Shown piece by piece: positions 32,950 through 43,550 of a DNA stretch of 64,000 nt. The notes below the pieces were generated by a model. That model was not told the DNA's origin. It saw only the letters and a program-made list of their open reading frames with translations, and did no database searches. Each line of letters begins with the position of its first letter. The first letter of the stretch is position 1. Location: NCBI GenBank assembly GCA_963713825.1, contig CAVQNG010000005.1:64001-128000 (forward strand). Direction: 5' to 3'. This stretch comes from an uncultured Acidobacteriota bacterium (GTDB lineage: Bacteria; Acidobacteriota; Thermoanaerobaculia; Multivoradales; JAHEKO01). Position numbers and translations under genes: made by a program.

Positions 32950-34318
32950 ATGAATCGAAACAGTCTGGGATACATAGTGTTGATGACAGCTTGCTTGCTG
33001 CTAGCGACCTCTCTGGTAGCGGACCCGGGACAGGAGTCTCTTCCGGAAGACGAGCTCGGGCCGGAAATCTGGGTAGACGGTCCAGGGACCGTTCTGGATG
33101 GAGGTGGCCCCAATGGTCCGCATGTCGCTGTCGACGAATTCGGCACGCGTGTCCATGTCTGGGAGGTGTTTGACACAACGGGAGGGGATCGAGACGATGT
33201 CTACGTGCGCCGTTTCGACGCTGATGGGATTGCCCTGGCGGATCCCGTCATGGTCAACACCCTGATCGACGAGGCGCAGCAGGACGCCCGGGTGGCGACC
33301 TCCTCGGACGGCTCGTTCCTGGTGATCTGGGAGAGTGCAGAGCCGAGTGCGACAAATCCCACTGTCGATCGGGACCGGGTTCGAAGCCAGGCCTTCGATG
33401 GTGACGGCAACAAGATTGGCACGGAGCAGCTGCTGAGCACCGTGTCGCCCGAGAGCCTCCAGCCACTTCATATCGATGTGGCTGCGCTGCGTGTCACCGA
33501 CGGCAGTCCCGGTGGCTACATCGTGGTCTGGGGTAGCTGGACCCCCAACGGGACAGACACCGGAAAGAACATCCAAGCACGCTTGGTGTCTCCGAATGGG
33601 ACGCCGTTCGGTGCCCAGTTCCAGGTCAATACCACCATCGCTGGGGATCAGACGCAACCGGCCGTCACCGAGCTCCCGGACGGAGGGTTCCTGGTGGTGT
33701 ACACATCACCGAACGAAACTACTATTGGGCCAGCGCCTCGACGCCGCGGGTAGTCCCGTAGGTAGCGAGATCCAAATCAACGTCACTTTAGAGACCGCTG
33801 TAGCACAGCCCGATGTCGAGCTCGGCTGGAACGGGGTCGTTGGAGTGATCTGGGAAGACGATGAGGCGTCCGGCGATGCCGACGAAATTCGAGCTCGGCT
33901 CTTCGACTCCGACATGAATCCACTGGGGCCCGACTTCCGGGTCAACAATCTGGGCACAGATGATCAGCGGCAGCCTTCGCTCGGCAACTATGGCCCCGCC
34001 GGCTTCCTGGCAGTCTGGGAGAGTGACGTGAACGTCACCGCCGGGGACGATGACAGTAGTCTCAGCGTCCAGGCCAGGCTCATCACGGGTCCGAACACCT
34101 TCGATGGGCTCCAGTTTCAGCTCAACGACTGGATCGCTGGTCGGCAGCACAACCCTGCTGTGTCGGGCTGGTACGGAAGACTGGGCAGCGCCTTTCGAAG
34201 TGATTCGAACATCGATGAGAACGGCGCCGTAATCACCGGTCGCCAGATCGAGCACTGCATCTTCTGTGATGACTTCGAGTGGGGCAGTGAGTGGCGCTGG
34301 CCGACGGTGGTCGAGTAG
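32950..34318 (+). CDS. Secreted repeat protein (VN...Q..P.V....G.FLVVW repeats) with C-terminal IFCDDFE motif; frameshift near 33715
   Basis: Signal peptide; the repeats continue across two ORFs. Confidence 0.75.
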
Positions 34319-34334
34319 GTCGGATAGAGCCGTT

Positions 34335-34901
34335 CTAGGCCATTTCGGTGGACAGCTCGCGCCGCAACCATGCCTTGCTCTTGGACCAGTCGCGCTGTGC
34401 GGTTCTCAACGAGATGTCGAGAGCGTCGGCCGTCTCCTGCGGCGTGAGCCCGGCGAAGTAACGGCAGTCGAAGACCTGGGCCAAGCGTCCATCGAGGTCA
34501 CCAAGTCTCTCGAGGGCCTGGTCCAGGGCCAGAATCAGATCGGCCTGGCTTGCTTCGCCGATCTGCACCTTGTCGAGCGGCACCGGGGGGATGCCCGAAC
34601 CGCGTTTGGCGGCCGACTTGCGGCGGGCGTAGTCGACCAGAATCTGACGCATTGCACGCGCGGAGATAGCGTAGAAGTGGTTTCGGTCGCTGACCTGGAC
34701 GCGGGTCTGGTCCACCATGTTCATGTAGGCCTCGTGGACCAGCGCGGTCGTGTCGATCGTCTGGCCGGGTCGCAGGCGATTGAGCTGCTGGTGAGCGATC
34801 CTCTTCAAGTCCTCGTAGACCAGGGGCACGAGGCTCTTGAAGGCTTCAGGATTCCCTCCGCGATAAGCGATGAGGAGCTGCGTGATGTCGCCCTGCTTCA
34901 A
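34335..34901 (-). CDS. ECF sigma factor, TIGR02999-like kinase-associated type (TTG start inferred)
   Basis: ITQLL, LVPLVYEDLKRIA, TTALVHEAY, AMRQILVDYAR, RYFAGLT..ETA..L.IS.RT..RDW. Confidence 0.92.
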   Translation of the reverse strand: MKQGDITQLLIAYRGGNPEAFKSLVPLVYEDLKRIAHQQLNRLRPGQTIDTTALVHEAYMNMVDQTRVQVSDRNHFYAISARAMRQILVDYARRKSAAKRGSGIPPVPLDKVQIGEASQADLILALDQALERLGDLDGRLAQVFDCRYFAGLTPQETADALDISLRTAQRDWSKSKAWLRRELSTEMA

Positions 34902-35031
34902 TCTTGCTCTCCCGTGGCTCGCGAGCTGTTCGGCGAGGCTCGGCACCTCGATTATGAAGCCAGTCGTCGTCGAGTGGAAGCCCGCTGAAGAGGGCTACAC
35001 CCTCGGCGAACAGGGAATTGTGGCCTCTTCG

Positions 35032-37695
35032 TCACGACCCAACTGATGGAGTGCTGCGGCAAGCTCCAGCTCGGGCCTTGCCAATCAACCAGTGGTCCGG
35101 TGTCAGCTCGGCCTGCCGCAGCGCCAGACCTTCGCGCAATGCCGGCTCGGCCTGAGTCGGCTGGTCCGAATCGCACCAGATACTGCCAAGGCCGATCAGA
35201 GAATCGGCCAAGTTGAGCTTCGATCCGCCCTCACGCTGCACGGTGAGAGCGTCGAGGAGCAGCTGCTCGGCTTCCTCTAGATCGCCCTGACGCTGAAGGG
35301 CTTGCGCGAGGAGACTCTTGACCCGGGCAGTCGCCTGGTGCTCCTCGCCCAGGAGGCGTTCGAACCGCTCGAGAGTCGAACGATATGCGGCAACGGCAGA
35401 GTCGTGTTGCCCCAGAGCAGACTGACAGCTGGCGTGATTGATCTCGCAGGCGATGCGCTGGAAGTGGTCTTCGGAGACCGAGCCATGCATGATCTCGACC
35501 GACCTTCGGGTGAGCGGTTCGGCTTCCTGATAGCGCCCCTGATCCATCATCAGCCGCCCGATGTTACTCAGCACCTCTGCGACCTCGACATGGTCCGGGC
35601 CGAGGCGACGCTCGCTCACCGCGAGTGCCTGGCGGTAGAGCTGCTCTGCCTCTTCGAACCTGCCGGAATTGTGAAGGTTGAAGGCGACGTTGTTCGTGAG
35701 CTGGGCGACGACCGGATTCTCCTCACCGTACAGTCTCCGCAGTACCTCGAGGGACTCCTGCTTGAGCTCCAAGGCGACTTCGACGTCTCCGAGGTTTTCC
35801 AGTGTCGTGGCGAGAATATGGTTCGTCAGTGCGGCCTGCTCTTCGTTGCCGCTTTCTTGCCAGATGGCCAGGGTGCGACGAAGGATGGCTTCCGCCTCGG
35901 TGGCTTTCCCCACCGTGTTTCTGAGTTGAGCGAGATGGCCCAGGGTCACGGCCAGGTCTTCCGCCGAGACCGGATCTTCAGCCTCGTGCAGGTGAACGGC
36001 CTCGACCAGGAATGCGTCGCATTCGTCGTACTCACCTCGCGCAAAATGGATGGCACCGAGTGTGGTCAGGCTCTTGGCGAGCTCCATGTTGGCCTCGGGG
36101 CCCTCGGCTCGCAGGGAGGAGACCGAATCGCTGGCGAGGTCTGCGGCCTTGTCGAAGTCACCGATGCCCGTGTAGGCGCGGCTCATGACCTCGAGGAGTT
36201 GAGCGCGCAGGAAGGGTTCATCGGTGAGCTCGGTGCGAATGCGAGCTTCACCCTGGTCGAGCAGATCCCGAGCGGTAACCTGCTCTCCCGCCTCTTGGCG
36301 AGGGTTGGCTGCTTCGAACAGGCTGCTCAGGAGATCGGCGACGCGTTCGGCTCGCTGTGCCTGGAGCTGGGCCCGGTCTCGCTCGCGAGCAGCCACACGA
36401 CCCTGCCAGGCAATGGTCACGACTCCAGCCCCGAGGAGAAGGGAGATCAAAGCCGCTGCCGCAACGCTGAGCCGGTGCCGGACGACGAACTTCCCGGCCC
36501 GATATCTCCACGTGCTGCGCCGGGCATGGATCGGACGCCCTTCGAGATGTCGTTCGATGTCGTCTGACATCTCGATGACCGATGCGTAGCGTCTCTCGGG
36601 CTCCTTGCGAAGTGCCTTGAGAGCGATCGTGTCGAGGTCGCCTTCGAGACGCTTCTGTAACTTCTGGGGAGACAGGGGGGGAGCCTCGAGATTCTCTCCG
36701 CCCGCGCCTGCCTCGATGACCCGGCTTGGTGGTTTGGTGAGCGTTTGGGCTCGATCCTCCATGGGTCCACTGGAGTCAGAGCCGGAGCCGCGCAGGCGGT
36801 GGGGTGTCGTCCCGGTCAAGAGCCGGTACAACAAGACTCCCAGAGAGTAGACGTCAGTGGCGGTGGAGACAGCACGATTCTGGATCTGCTCTGGGGAGGC
36901 GTACTCGGGCGTCAACGGCTGGAAGGCGGTTGCCGGATCGCCCTCGGCTTCTTCGAGGATCTTGCCGACGCCGAAATCGAGCAGCTTCGCCTGTCGCTCG
37001 GCAGTTACCAGAATATTGCTGGGCTTGAGGTCGCGGTGCACGACGAGGTTCTGATGGGCGTACTGCGCAGCAGTACAAACCTGCCGCATCAGCTCGAGCC
37101 GATCTCGCACCGATAGGCCACGGTTGCGGCAATACTCGTCGATGGGTTCGCCGTCGACATACTCCATGACGAGATACGGGAAGCCCTCGTCAGTGACCCC
37201 GCCATCGAGAAGTCGGGCGATGCCTGGATGCTCCAGGCGGGCCAGAATCTGCCGTTCGATGAGGAATCGCCGCTCCTTTTCAGGCGTTTCCAGGCCCCGG
37301 GGTATCAGCTTGAGGGCGACGCTCTTCTCGAAGTGCTCGTCGGCGCGCTCGGCGAGATAGACGACACCCATGCCGCCGCGGCCAAGGACCTCGACGAGGC
37401 GGTAGCGGTCGATCGTCCGACCTGCCTGGTCGGTGTCGAGGGTCTCTCCGAGGTCGCTCGCCAGCCCTGCGAGCAGATCGGGAGTCCCCTCGCCGAGAGG
37501 CTGGTCCAGAATGTCTTCCTGATCCTGCGCTGCTGCGAAGAGCGCCTCGACTTCCTGACGGAGCTTCGAGTCGTCGCCGCACTGCTCCTGCAGGATCGAC
37601 TCGCGATCCGATGCGTCAGCAGCGTCGAGAATCTGATCGAGGATTCTCGCGACCCGCGCCCAGTTGTCCCGATCGGTATGAGCTAGTTCCGTCAT
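35032..37695 (-). CDS. Ser/Thr protein kinase K7 (ECF-associated type): kinase + TM + TPR; 3' end probably frameshifted and extending toward 34900
   Basis: GRGGMG, ERQILARLEHPGIARLLDGG, HRDLKPSN, DFG, TPEYASPEQ, GDLDTI; TPR_12-like repeats. Confidence 0.93.
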   Translation of the reverse strand: MTELAHTDRDNWARVARILDQILDAADASDRESILQEQCGDDSKLRQEVEALFAAAQDQEDILDQPLGEGTPDLLAGLASDLGETLDTDQAGRTIDRYRLVEVLGRGGMGVVYLAERADEHFEKSVALKLIPRGLETPEKERRFLIERQILARLEHPGIARLLDGGVTDEGFPYLVMEYVDGEPIDEYCRNRGLSVRDRLELMRQVCTAAQYAHQNLVVHRDLKPSNILVTAERQAKLLDFGVGKILEEAEGDPATAFQPLTPEYASPEQIQNRAVSTATDVYSLGVLLYRLLTGTTPHRLRGSGSDSSGPMEDRAQTLTKPPSRVIEAGAGGENLEAPPLSPQKLQKRLEGDLDTIALKALRKEPERRYASVIEMSDDIERHLEGRPIHARRSTWRYRAGKFVVRHRLSVAAAALISLLLGAGVVTIAWQGRVAARERDRAQLQAQRAERVADLLSSLFEAANPRQEAGEQVTARDLLDQGEARIRTELTDEPFLRAQLLEVMSRAYTGIGDFDKAADLASDSVSSLRAEGPEANMELAKSLTTLGAIHFARGEYDECDAFLVEAVHLHEAEDPVSAEDLAVTLGHLAQLRNTVGKATEAEAILRRTLAIWQESGNEEQAALTNHILATTLENLGDVEVALELKQESLEVLRRLYGEENPVVAQLTNNVAFNLHNSGRFEEAEQLYRQALAVSERRLGPDHVEVAEVLSNIGRLMMDQGRYQEAEPLTRRSVEIMHGSVSEDHFQRIACEINHASCQSALGQHDSAVAAYRSTLERFERLLGEEHQATARVKSLLAQALQRQGDLEEAEQLLLDALTVQREGGSKLNLADSLIGLGSIWCDSDQPTQAEPALREGLALRQAELTPDHWLIGKARAGACRSTPSVGS

Positions 37696-37965
37696 TGCAG
37701 GGGCGCAAAGATAGCAGACTGCCTGTGGCCCCTACTCGATCGGCCCGTGCCATGGTCTCTTGCTCAGCTCTTCCTAGCCGACTCTGCTGGCACCGCTGCT
37801 GGCTTCTGCTGATCGACCGAAGGCCGCCAGTCCAGCCAGTGAGCCGGCCAGAGCCGCCGTCCAGACCAGGTCGATGGGGCTCGCCATGCCCCGCAGGGCC
37901 GTGAGGCCCCAAGAGGGCAGGAAGAGGAGGAAGGTCAGGGTCCAGTAGGTCAGGAATCGTTGCAT
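37691..37965 (-). CDS. Small membrane protein upstream of K7 (probably frameshifted)
   Basis: AGGAGG RBS; two hydrophobic segments. Confidence 0.4.
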
Positions 37966-38009
37966 GGGTCTAGCCTCCTTGTAGTTCCGGAGGCTAGATC
38001 CCGTGACTG

Positions 38010-38957
38010 TCAGATTCTGTCAGTCGTGTCGTCGGGAACGCGAGCCAGGTCCACTGGCTTGGAGGCTCGAACCATGGCTACGGCGGCGAAGATCACGCCT
38101 GTGGCCATCAACATTCGCACGGTGACTGTCTCGTCCAGGATCAGCCAGCCCAGAAACACGGCCACCACCACATTCAAGTAGGTGCTGCTGCTGACAATCG
38201 GTGCTGGCCAGTGGTCGAGGAGATACACATAGGCGGTGAACGAGACGATCGAGCCGAAGATGGCGAGATAGAGGACGGCCGCCACTCCCTCCCAGCTCCA
38301 TTCGAGCCTCTGCCATTCGCCGCGGACCAAACCGGCCACCGCCAGCGCGATGCCTCCGGCCAACATCTGTAGTGCGGCATTGACCACCGCACCGCTGGAG
38401 ATCGGATTGCGTTGGGAATAGACCGAGCCCAGGGACCAGGAGGCGGCAGCTCCCAGAATCGCCAGAGGTCCCCGCCAGTCCGCGTTGCGGAGCTCTTCGA
38501 GGTCGATCCCAATCAGGCTGACTGCAGCGACGAAACCCACCAGGAGCCCGACGAGTTGTGTCGCTGACGGTCGATAGCGTAGGCCAGGCAGGGTGGCGGC
38601 GAAGAGCACCATCCACAGAGGCGATGTGACGATGAAGATCGAAGCGAGGCCCGATTCGACGTACTGCTCGCCCCAGACCACCAGGCCGTTGCCGACCGCC
38701 AGTAGAAGGAGGCCGACGATGATGTTCGTGCGCCAATCGACTGCGCGGGTCGGCAGGGGTTGGCTGGTCAGCCGCGCCCAGGCAAAAAGGACCAGCCCGG
38801 CCAGCAGAAATCGGCTCGCGGCGAAAGTCGCCGGCGGCAAGTACCGCACACCGATGCGAATGGCCAGGTAGGTCGAGCCCCAGAAGAGACTGACCGTAGC
38901 GTAGGCGAGCAGGGTCGAGGCTTCGAGACTGAGGCGGGGTTGGTGGTTTGCGGACAT
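38010..38957 (-). CDS. EamA/DMT-family transporter
   Basis: WGSTYLAIR, RFLLAG, YLAIFGS and YLN.VVAVFLGWLILDE motifs. Confidence 0.93.
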   Translation of the reverse strand: MSANHQPRLSLEASTLLAYATVSLFWGSTYLAIRIGVRYLPPATFAASRFLLAGLVLFAWARLTSQPLPTRAVDWRTNIIVGLLLLAVGNGLVVWGEQYVESGLASIFIVTSPLWMVLFAATLPGLRYRPSATQLVGLLVGFVAAVSLIGIDLEELRNADWRGPLAILGAAASWSLGSVYSQRNPISSGAVVNAALQMLAGGIALAVAGLVRGEWQRLEWSWEGVAAVLYLAIFGSIVSFTAYVYLLDHWPAPIVSSSTYLNVVVAVFLGWLILDETVTVRMLMATGVIFAAVAMVRASKPVDLARVPDDTTDRI

Positions 38958-39036
38958 GGAGGGGAACTCTCTCGACTCGAGCCATTGTGATCGATCGCGA
39001 GGTCCAGAGTCGAGCCGACCCACTGCGGAAGACAGC

Positions 39037-39042
39037 TATAAT
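39037..39042 (+). promoter_or_regulatory. Consensus -10 hexamer TATAAT upstream of K8
   Basis: Perfect TATAAT about 50 nt before the inferred TTG start, in a high-GC background. Confidence 0.5.
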
Positions 39043-39094
39043 CTGGCAACCATCCGAGAAGCACGTCCGGTTGGACCTAGAAAGGCGGAGACCC

Positions 39095-41785
39095 TTGATC
39101 GGCACCACGCTGTCGCAGTATCGAATCCTGGAGAAGCTCGGTGAGGGCGGAATGGGGGAGGTCTATCTCGCCGAGGACACTTCGTTGAAGCGAAAAGTGG
39201 CGTTGAAGGTCCTGCCGGCAGAGATGGCAGCCGATCCGGAGCGTCTGGCCCGCTTCAAGCGGGAAGCCGAGTCGGTAGCCGCCCTCAACCATCCCAACAT
39301 CGTGACCATTCACTCGGTCGAGGAGGTGGATGGCACCCACTTCCTGACCATGGAGTGGGTGGACGGCCAGACCCTGGGTCAGCTCATGTCCCGGGGTGCC
39401 ATGCCTTTGGAAAAGGTCTTCGAGCTGGGGGTGCCCATTGCCGACGCTTTGGCCTCAGCCCACGAGGAAGGCATCACGCACCGGGACTTGAAGCCCGCGA
39501 ATGTCATGGTGACAGGGAAGGGCAGGTTGAAGGTTCTCGACTTCGGTCTCGCCAAGCTGGCCATGGAGGGTGGTGAGGAAGGCTCGGATGAGCAACCGAC
39601 CCAGGCTCTGACGCAGGAAGGGCTAGCGGTCGGAACGGTGCCCTATATGTCCCCCGAGCAGGTGCGGGGCGAGGGCGTCGATTACCGAACCGACATCTTC
39701 TCGCTGGGAGTATTGCTCTATGAGATGGCGAGCGGCCAACGGCCCTTTGGGGGCAAGAGCTCGGCCGACCTGGTTTCGGCCATTCTGCGGGACCGGCCGC
39801 CGTCGGTGACCGAGATCAGGGCTGAGTTGCCCCATCACCTCGGTCGGGTGCTGCAGCGATGCATGGAGAAGGATCCCGAGAAGCGCTTCCAGACCGCCAA
39901 AGACGTCAAGAACGAGCTCGAAGGCCTGAAGCTCGAGGTCTCCTCCGGGGTGGCGCGATTGAGCAGCGCTTCGATGCCGGCAGCTCCGCCGGAGACTCCA
40001 ACCTCCGGTTCTCGTAAGGGCCTATGGATCGGTCTGGCCGCTGCAGCGGTGATCGCGTCGGTGCTTACGATGTTCTTCCTGCGATCGGACGACTCCGAGA
40101 CGCCGATTGCGGATCAGGCGGCAGTGGGAACCAGTGTGGCTGCCGCCACGGCCGATGACCGCATGATGGCCGTGGTTCTACCCTTCGAGAATCTGGGACT
40201 AGCCGAAGACGAGTTTTTCGCCGCCGGAATCACCGACGAGATCAGTGGACGACTCGCCTCGGTCAACAGCCTGGGCGTTATCTCGCGTCAGACTGCGGTC
40301 CGCTACGCCGACACGGAGAAGTCGATCCAGCAGATCGGTGACGAGTTGGAAGTGGACTACATCCTGGGCGGCACCGTGCGCTGGGGTGGTCAGGGCGACG
40401 GGGTGACCCGCGTGCGGATCTCACCCGAGCTCATTCGGGTGGCCGACGATCGGCAGATCTGGACTGAGACCTACGATCGGGAGATCGAAGACATCTTCGA
40501 GGTGCAGAGTGACATCGCCAACGAAGTCATCGACGCGCTCGGTGTGACTCTGATGGGTGGAGAGCAGGAGGAACTGGACGCCGCACCTACGGACAATGTA
40601 GAGGCCTACCGGGCTTTTCTCAAGGCGCGAGACCTGGAGCTTCACGGCGGCAGTCTCGAGGCACTCACGACGGAGGCCGAGGCCCAGTACTCGCGGGCGG
40701 TAGAGCTCGACCCAGGATTCGTCGAGGCCTGGAGTCGCCTGTCGATCCATCACTCCAACATGTACACCAGCTTCGACCGCACCGAGCAGAGGCTGTCGAA
40801 AGCCAAGGAGGCTTTGGAGAAAGCCGAAGCGCTGGGTCGCGATCTCCCCAAGGTGAGACAGGCGCGGGGCTTCTACCATTACTACGGTTTCCGGGAGTAC
40901 GACCTGGCCCTGGAAGAGTTCCAGGAGGCGTCTGCGGTTGTACCCAACGACTCCGAGTTGCGGGCCGCCATCGGCCTCATCTTTCGACGGCAGGGAAAGC
41001 TCGAGGAGGCACTGTCCGAATTCGAGGTGGCAGAAGAGCTCGATCCTCAGAATGGCAGTGTCTTGAACAATCTGTCATCGACTTTTCGTGCCATGAGACG
41101 AACCGAAGAGACCTTGGCAATCGATGACCGAATGCTGACCTTGAGCCCGGATGACAATTCCTATGCGAACAAGGCGGGGCACCTGGCTGCGTTGACGGGG
41201 GACCTGGCAGAAGCGCACAAGATTCTGGACCAGGCTGCAGGTTCGAGTGAGCTCTTTGTTTTCAGTTGGGCGAGTCAGCTTCTCAACGAGCGGGACTTCG
41301 TGGGCATCATCGATCGACTCGAGCCCATGGAGTCGGAGAACCCTCTCGTTCAGGCCTTCAGGTTCACGCTCCTCGGCTGGGCGAAGCGGATGGAATACGG
41401 CCTCGATGCGGCACGCGGTGATCTCGAGACGGCGATCAACCGGTTTGAAGCGATCCTCGAGGAAGCTCCGTCCAATGCGGATGTTCGACAGGCTCTCAGC
41501 CTGAGCCATGCCATGCTCGGCGACAGCGATGAGGCTCTTCGCGAGGCGCGCCTGGCTGTCGATCTGACTTCCAAGGATGCGTTTTCGGGACCGTCAGCGG
41601 TCGAGAATCTCGCTGCGGTCTATGCTCTGGTGGATCGCACCGACGATGCCCTTAAACAGATCGAGCGGTTGCTAGCTATGGACTACGTCAATTCCCTCAC
41701 CGTGCATCGCCTCCGGTACGAGTTCCAGTGGGACCCGCTGCGGGATGACCCCAGGTTCCAGAAGCTGATAGAGGAACATAGCTAG
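39095..41785 (+). CDS. Ser/Thr protein kinase K8: kinase + TM + TolB-N-like domain + TPR
   Basis: TTG start (M)[20 protein letters not shown]; [11 protein letters not shown]; VVLPFENLG; C-terminal LRDDPRF. Confidence 0.95.
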   Translation: MIGTTLSQYRILEKLGEGGMGEVYLAEDTSLKRKVALKVLPAEMAADPERLARFKREAESVAALNHPNIVTIHSVEEVDGTHFLTMEWVDGQTLGQLMSRGAMPLEKVFELGVPIADALASAHEEGITHRDLKPANVMVTGKGRLKVLDFGLAKLAMEGGEEGSDEQPTQALTQEGLAVGTVPYMSPEQVRGEGVDYRTDIFSLGVLLYEMASGQRPFGGKSSADLVSAILRDRPPSVTEIRAELPHHLGRVLQRCMEKDPEKRFQTAKDVKNELEGLKLEVSSGVARLSSASMPAAPPETPTSGSRKGLWIGLAAAAVIASVLTMFFLRSDDSETPIADQAAVGTSVAAATADDRMMAVVLPFENLGLAEDEFFAAGITDEISGRLASVNSLGVISRQTAVRYADTEKSIQQIGDELEVDYILGGTVRWGGQGDGVTRVRISPELIRVADDRQIWTETYDREIEDIFEVQSDIANEVIDALGVTLMGGEQEELDAAPTDNVEAYRAFLKARDLELHGGSLEALTTEAEAQYSRAVELDPGFVEAWSRLSIHHSNMYTSFDRTEQRLSKAKEALEKAEALGRDLPKVRQARGFYHYYGFREYDLALEEFQEASAVVPNDSELRAAIGLIFRRQGKLEEALSEFEVAEELDPQNGSVLNNLSSTFRAMRRTEETLAIDDRMLTLSPDDNSYANKAGHLAALTGDLAEAHKILDQAAGSSELFVFSWASQLLNERDFVGIIDRLEPMESENPLVQAFRFTLLGWAKRMEYGLDAARGDLETAINRFEAILEEAPSNADVRQALSLSHAMLGDSDEALREARLAVDLTSKDAFSGPSAVENLAAVYALVDRTDDALKQIERLLAMDYVNSLTVHRLRYEFQWDPLRDDPRFQKLIEEHS

Positions 41786-41807
41786 CGCCCTCTCGCGCGA
41801 GGCTCGA

Positions 41808-41865
41808 GGGCTAATGGGCTTAAGGGCGTAGGGGCCTAGGGGATTTGGCGGGCTTGGGTCCTGGG
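41808..41865. repeat. Degenerate tandem octamers followed by a reverse heptamer pair
   Basis: GGGCTAAT GGGCTTAA GGGCGTAG GGGCCTAG GGGATTTG; then GGCTTGGGTCCTGGG, the reverse complement of CCCAGGACCCAAGCC. Confidence 0.65.
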
Positions 41866-41975
41866 AGGGCTCTGGGTGTCATACAATCAGGCGCAGCTTC
41901 CGTTGGTCGAACAGTGAGGTGGACGAGTCGGACCTTCGTGACCGGTCCGGGTTGGCTTGAAAAGGAGAACAGGCA

Positions 41976-42260
41976 ATGGCGCACATCATCGTCTGGCATC
42001 AGGTCGAGGATTTCGACACCTGGAAGAGCAAGTTCGACGAGCACGGACCGACTCGCGCTGAGTTGGGCAGTTTGGGCGGCAAGGTCTACCGCAGCTCGGA
42101 CAACTCCCAGGAGGTGGTCCTGGTTCTCGAGTGGGACACCGAGGACAACGCTCGGACTTTCATCGCATCCCAAGACCTGGCTGCCGTGATGGCCGAAGCC
42201 GGAGTGACCGGCCAGCCCATGGTCGCCTTCCTCAATGATGGCGAGGCCGTTCCGGCCTGA
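41976..42260 (+). CDS. Small dimeric alpha/beta-barrel (ABM/cyclase-like) protein
   Basis: H.VEDFDTWK..FD and MAEAGV..P pattern; AAGGAG RBS. Confidence 0.8.
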   Translation: MAHIIVWHQVEDFDTWKSKFDEHGPTRAELGSLGGKVYRSSDNSQEVVLVLEWDTEDNARTFIASQDLAAVMAEAGVTGQPMVAFLNDGEAVPA

Positions 42261-42264
42261 CGCG

Positions 42265-42369
42265 ATGATTGGCACGACTCTTTCTCATTTCAAGATCACC
42301 GCCAAGCTGGGTGAAGGCGGCATGGAACTGCTCGAGCGAGCGGCTAGCCGGACGGACGCACCTTGCTGA
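42265..42369 (+). pseudogene. Kinase N-terminal stub 2 (20 kinase-like codons)
   Basis: ATG 4 nt after the previous stop; [34 protein letters not shown]. Confidence 0.9.
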
Positions 42370-43425
42370 CCATGGATAACGGTTCGCCCTCATTGACCGG
42401 TGGAGTCGAGACCACATAGTTCACGACGCCGGCGAAAGGTGCGGTGATGGGCTGGATGGGGTCACCGAAAAAGTCGCTCAGGGTGCCCAGAAGACCGTCC
42501 TTTTCGACGAAGTAGCCTTCTTTGACCGCTGGTTGGAACATACCTGCAGCCGGGCTGCGAACCACCTGTCCCTCTTCTAGCCACACCACGGCCGGTGCCC
42601 GAATTGGCTCACCCTCGAGCATTCCGAGATGGCGGAGGAGGTTCCAGACCCCTTCTCGGCGAGACTCACTAGTTGATGAGAGGTGGAACCGAGCGAACCG
42701 GTCTCGGTAGTGATTGCCGCTTTGCCCCTCCCCAGTGCTGCCCACTCTGTGTAGACATGGGCCGATGTGTCTTTCGTCCAACCCCCTTGAACCACAATCG
42801 TGTCGAGACCAAAGGCCAATCCCAGGGCCTTCGAGCGCTCGTCCAGGTCGGCGTCCCCTGTTACGGTCAAGTAGAGATAGGGCCTCAGCGCTTCGTTCCC
42901 ATCGCCACCATGCATGTCGACCACGTAGTCGGCCAACTCGATGACCTGCTTGTGCAGAACGTCGGCGATCCTGTCACTGACTGTGCCATTCGGATCTCCC
43001 GGGTAGACCCGATTGAGGTTCTTGCCGTCGATAGGGCTGTAGTAGATCGTCCGACCGAGAAACGAAGGCAGGTTGGCGACATGGATCAGGATCAGGGTCC
43101 CGGCAAGCTCAGCCGCACTCAGGTCTCGGCGGATCCGCTGCAGAGCCAGGATCGGCGGGTATTCGTAGCCATGGGTGCCGGCAATGAGCGCCAGCACCGG
43201 CCCCGCTGATGTGCCATGGACGACGGTGATCGGGATGCGTGTTCCCTCATCGCTTCCAGCCGGCACTTCGAGGTAACCGGACACCGTCTCTCCTGGTGGC
43301 GCCAAGATCGACCCAACTGTGAGCTCTTCTGGCTCTCCTGCCATTGCCAGGCCAGTCAGCATGCCGCCGATCAGGGGCAGGATAGCGATCCATCGAGTCC
43401 TGGAAAGTCGCCGAGCTGTGCTCAT
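42344..43425 (-). CDS. Succinylglutamate desuccinylase/aspartoacylase (M14-like) family protein, frameshift near 42690
   Basis: AGTHGYEY, NLNRVYPG and DMHGG motifs; C-terminal biotinyl-like hairpin in the second frame. Confidence 0.88.
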
Positions 43426-43550
43426 CTCTCCTCCTTGTCGCGGTTGTTCGACGACGATACCGCATTGGTTGCGGCGACAGGCTGTGGGTCGAATAGAATA
43501 GGCCGGCATTTCCGCCACCGAAGCATCCGGTTGTCATGGAGCAGATCAGC

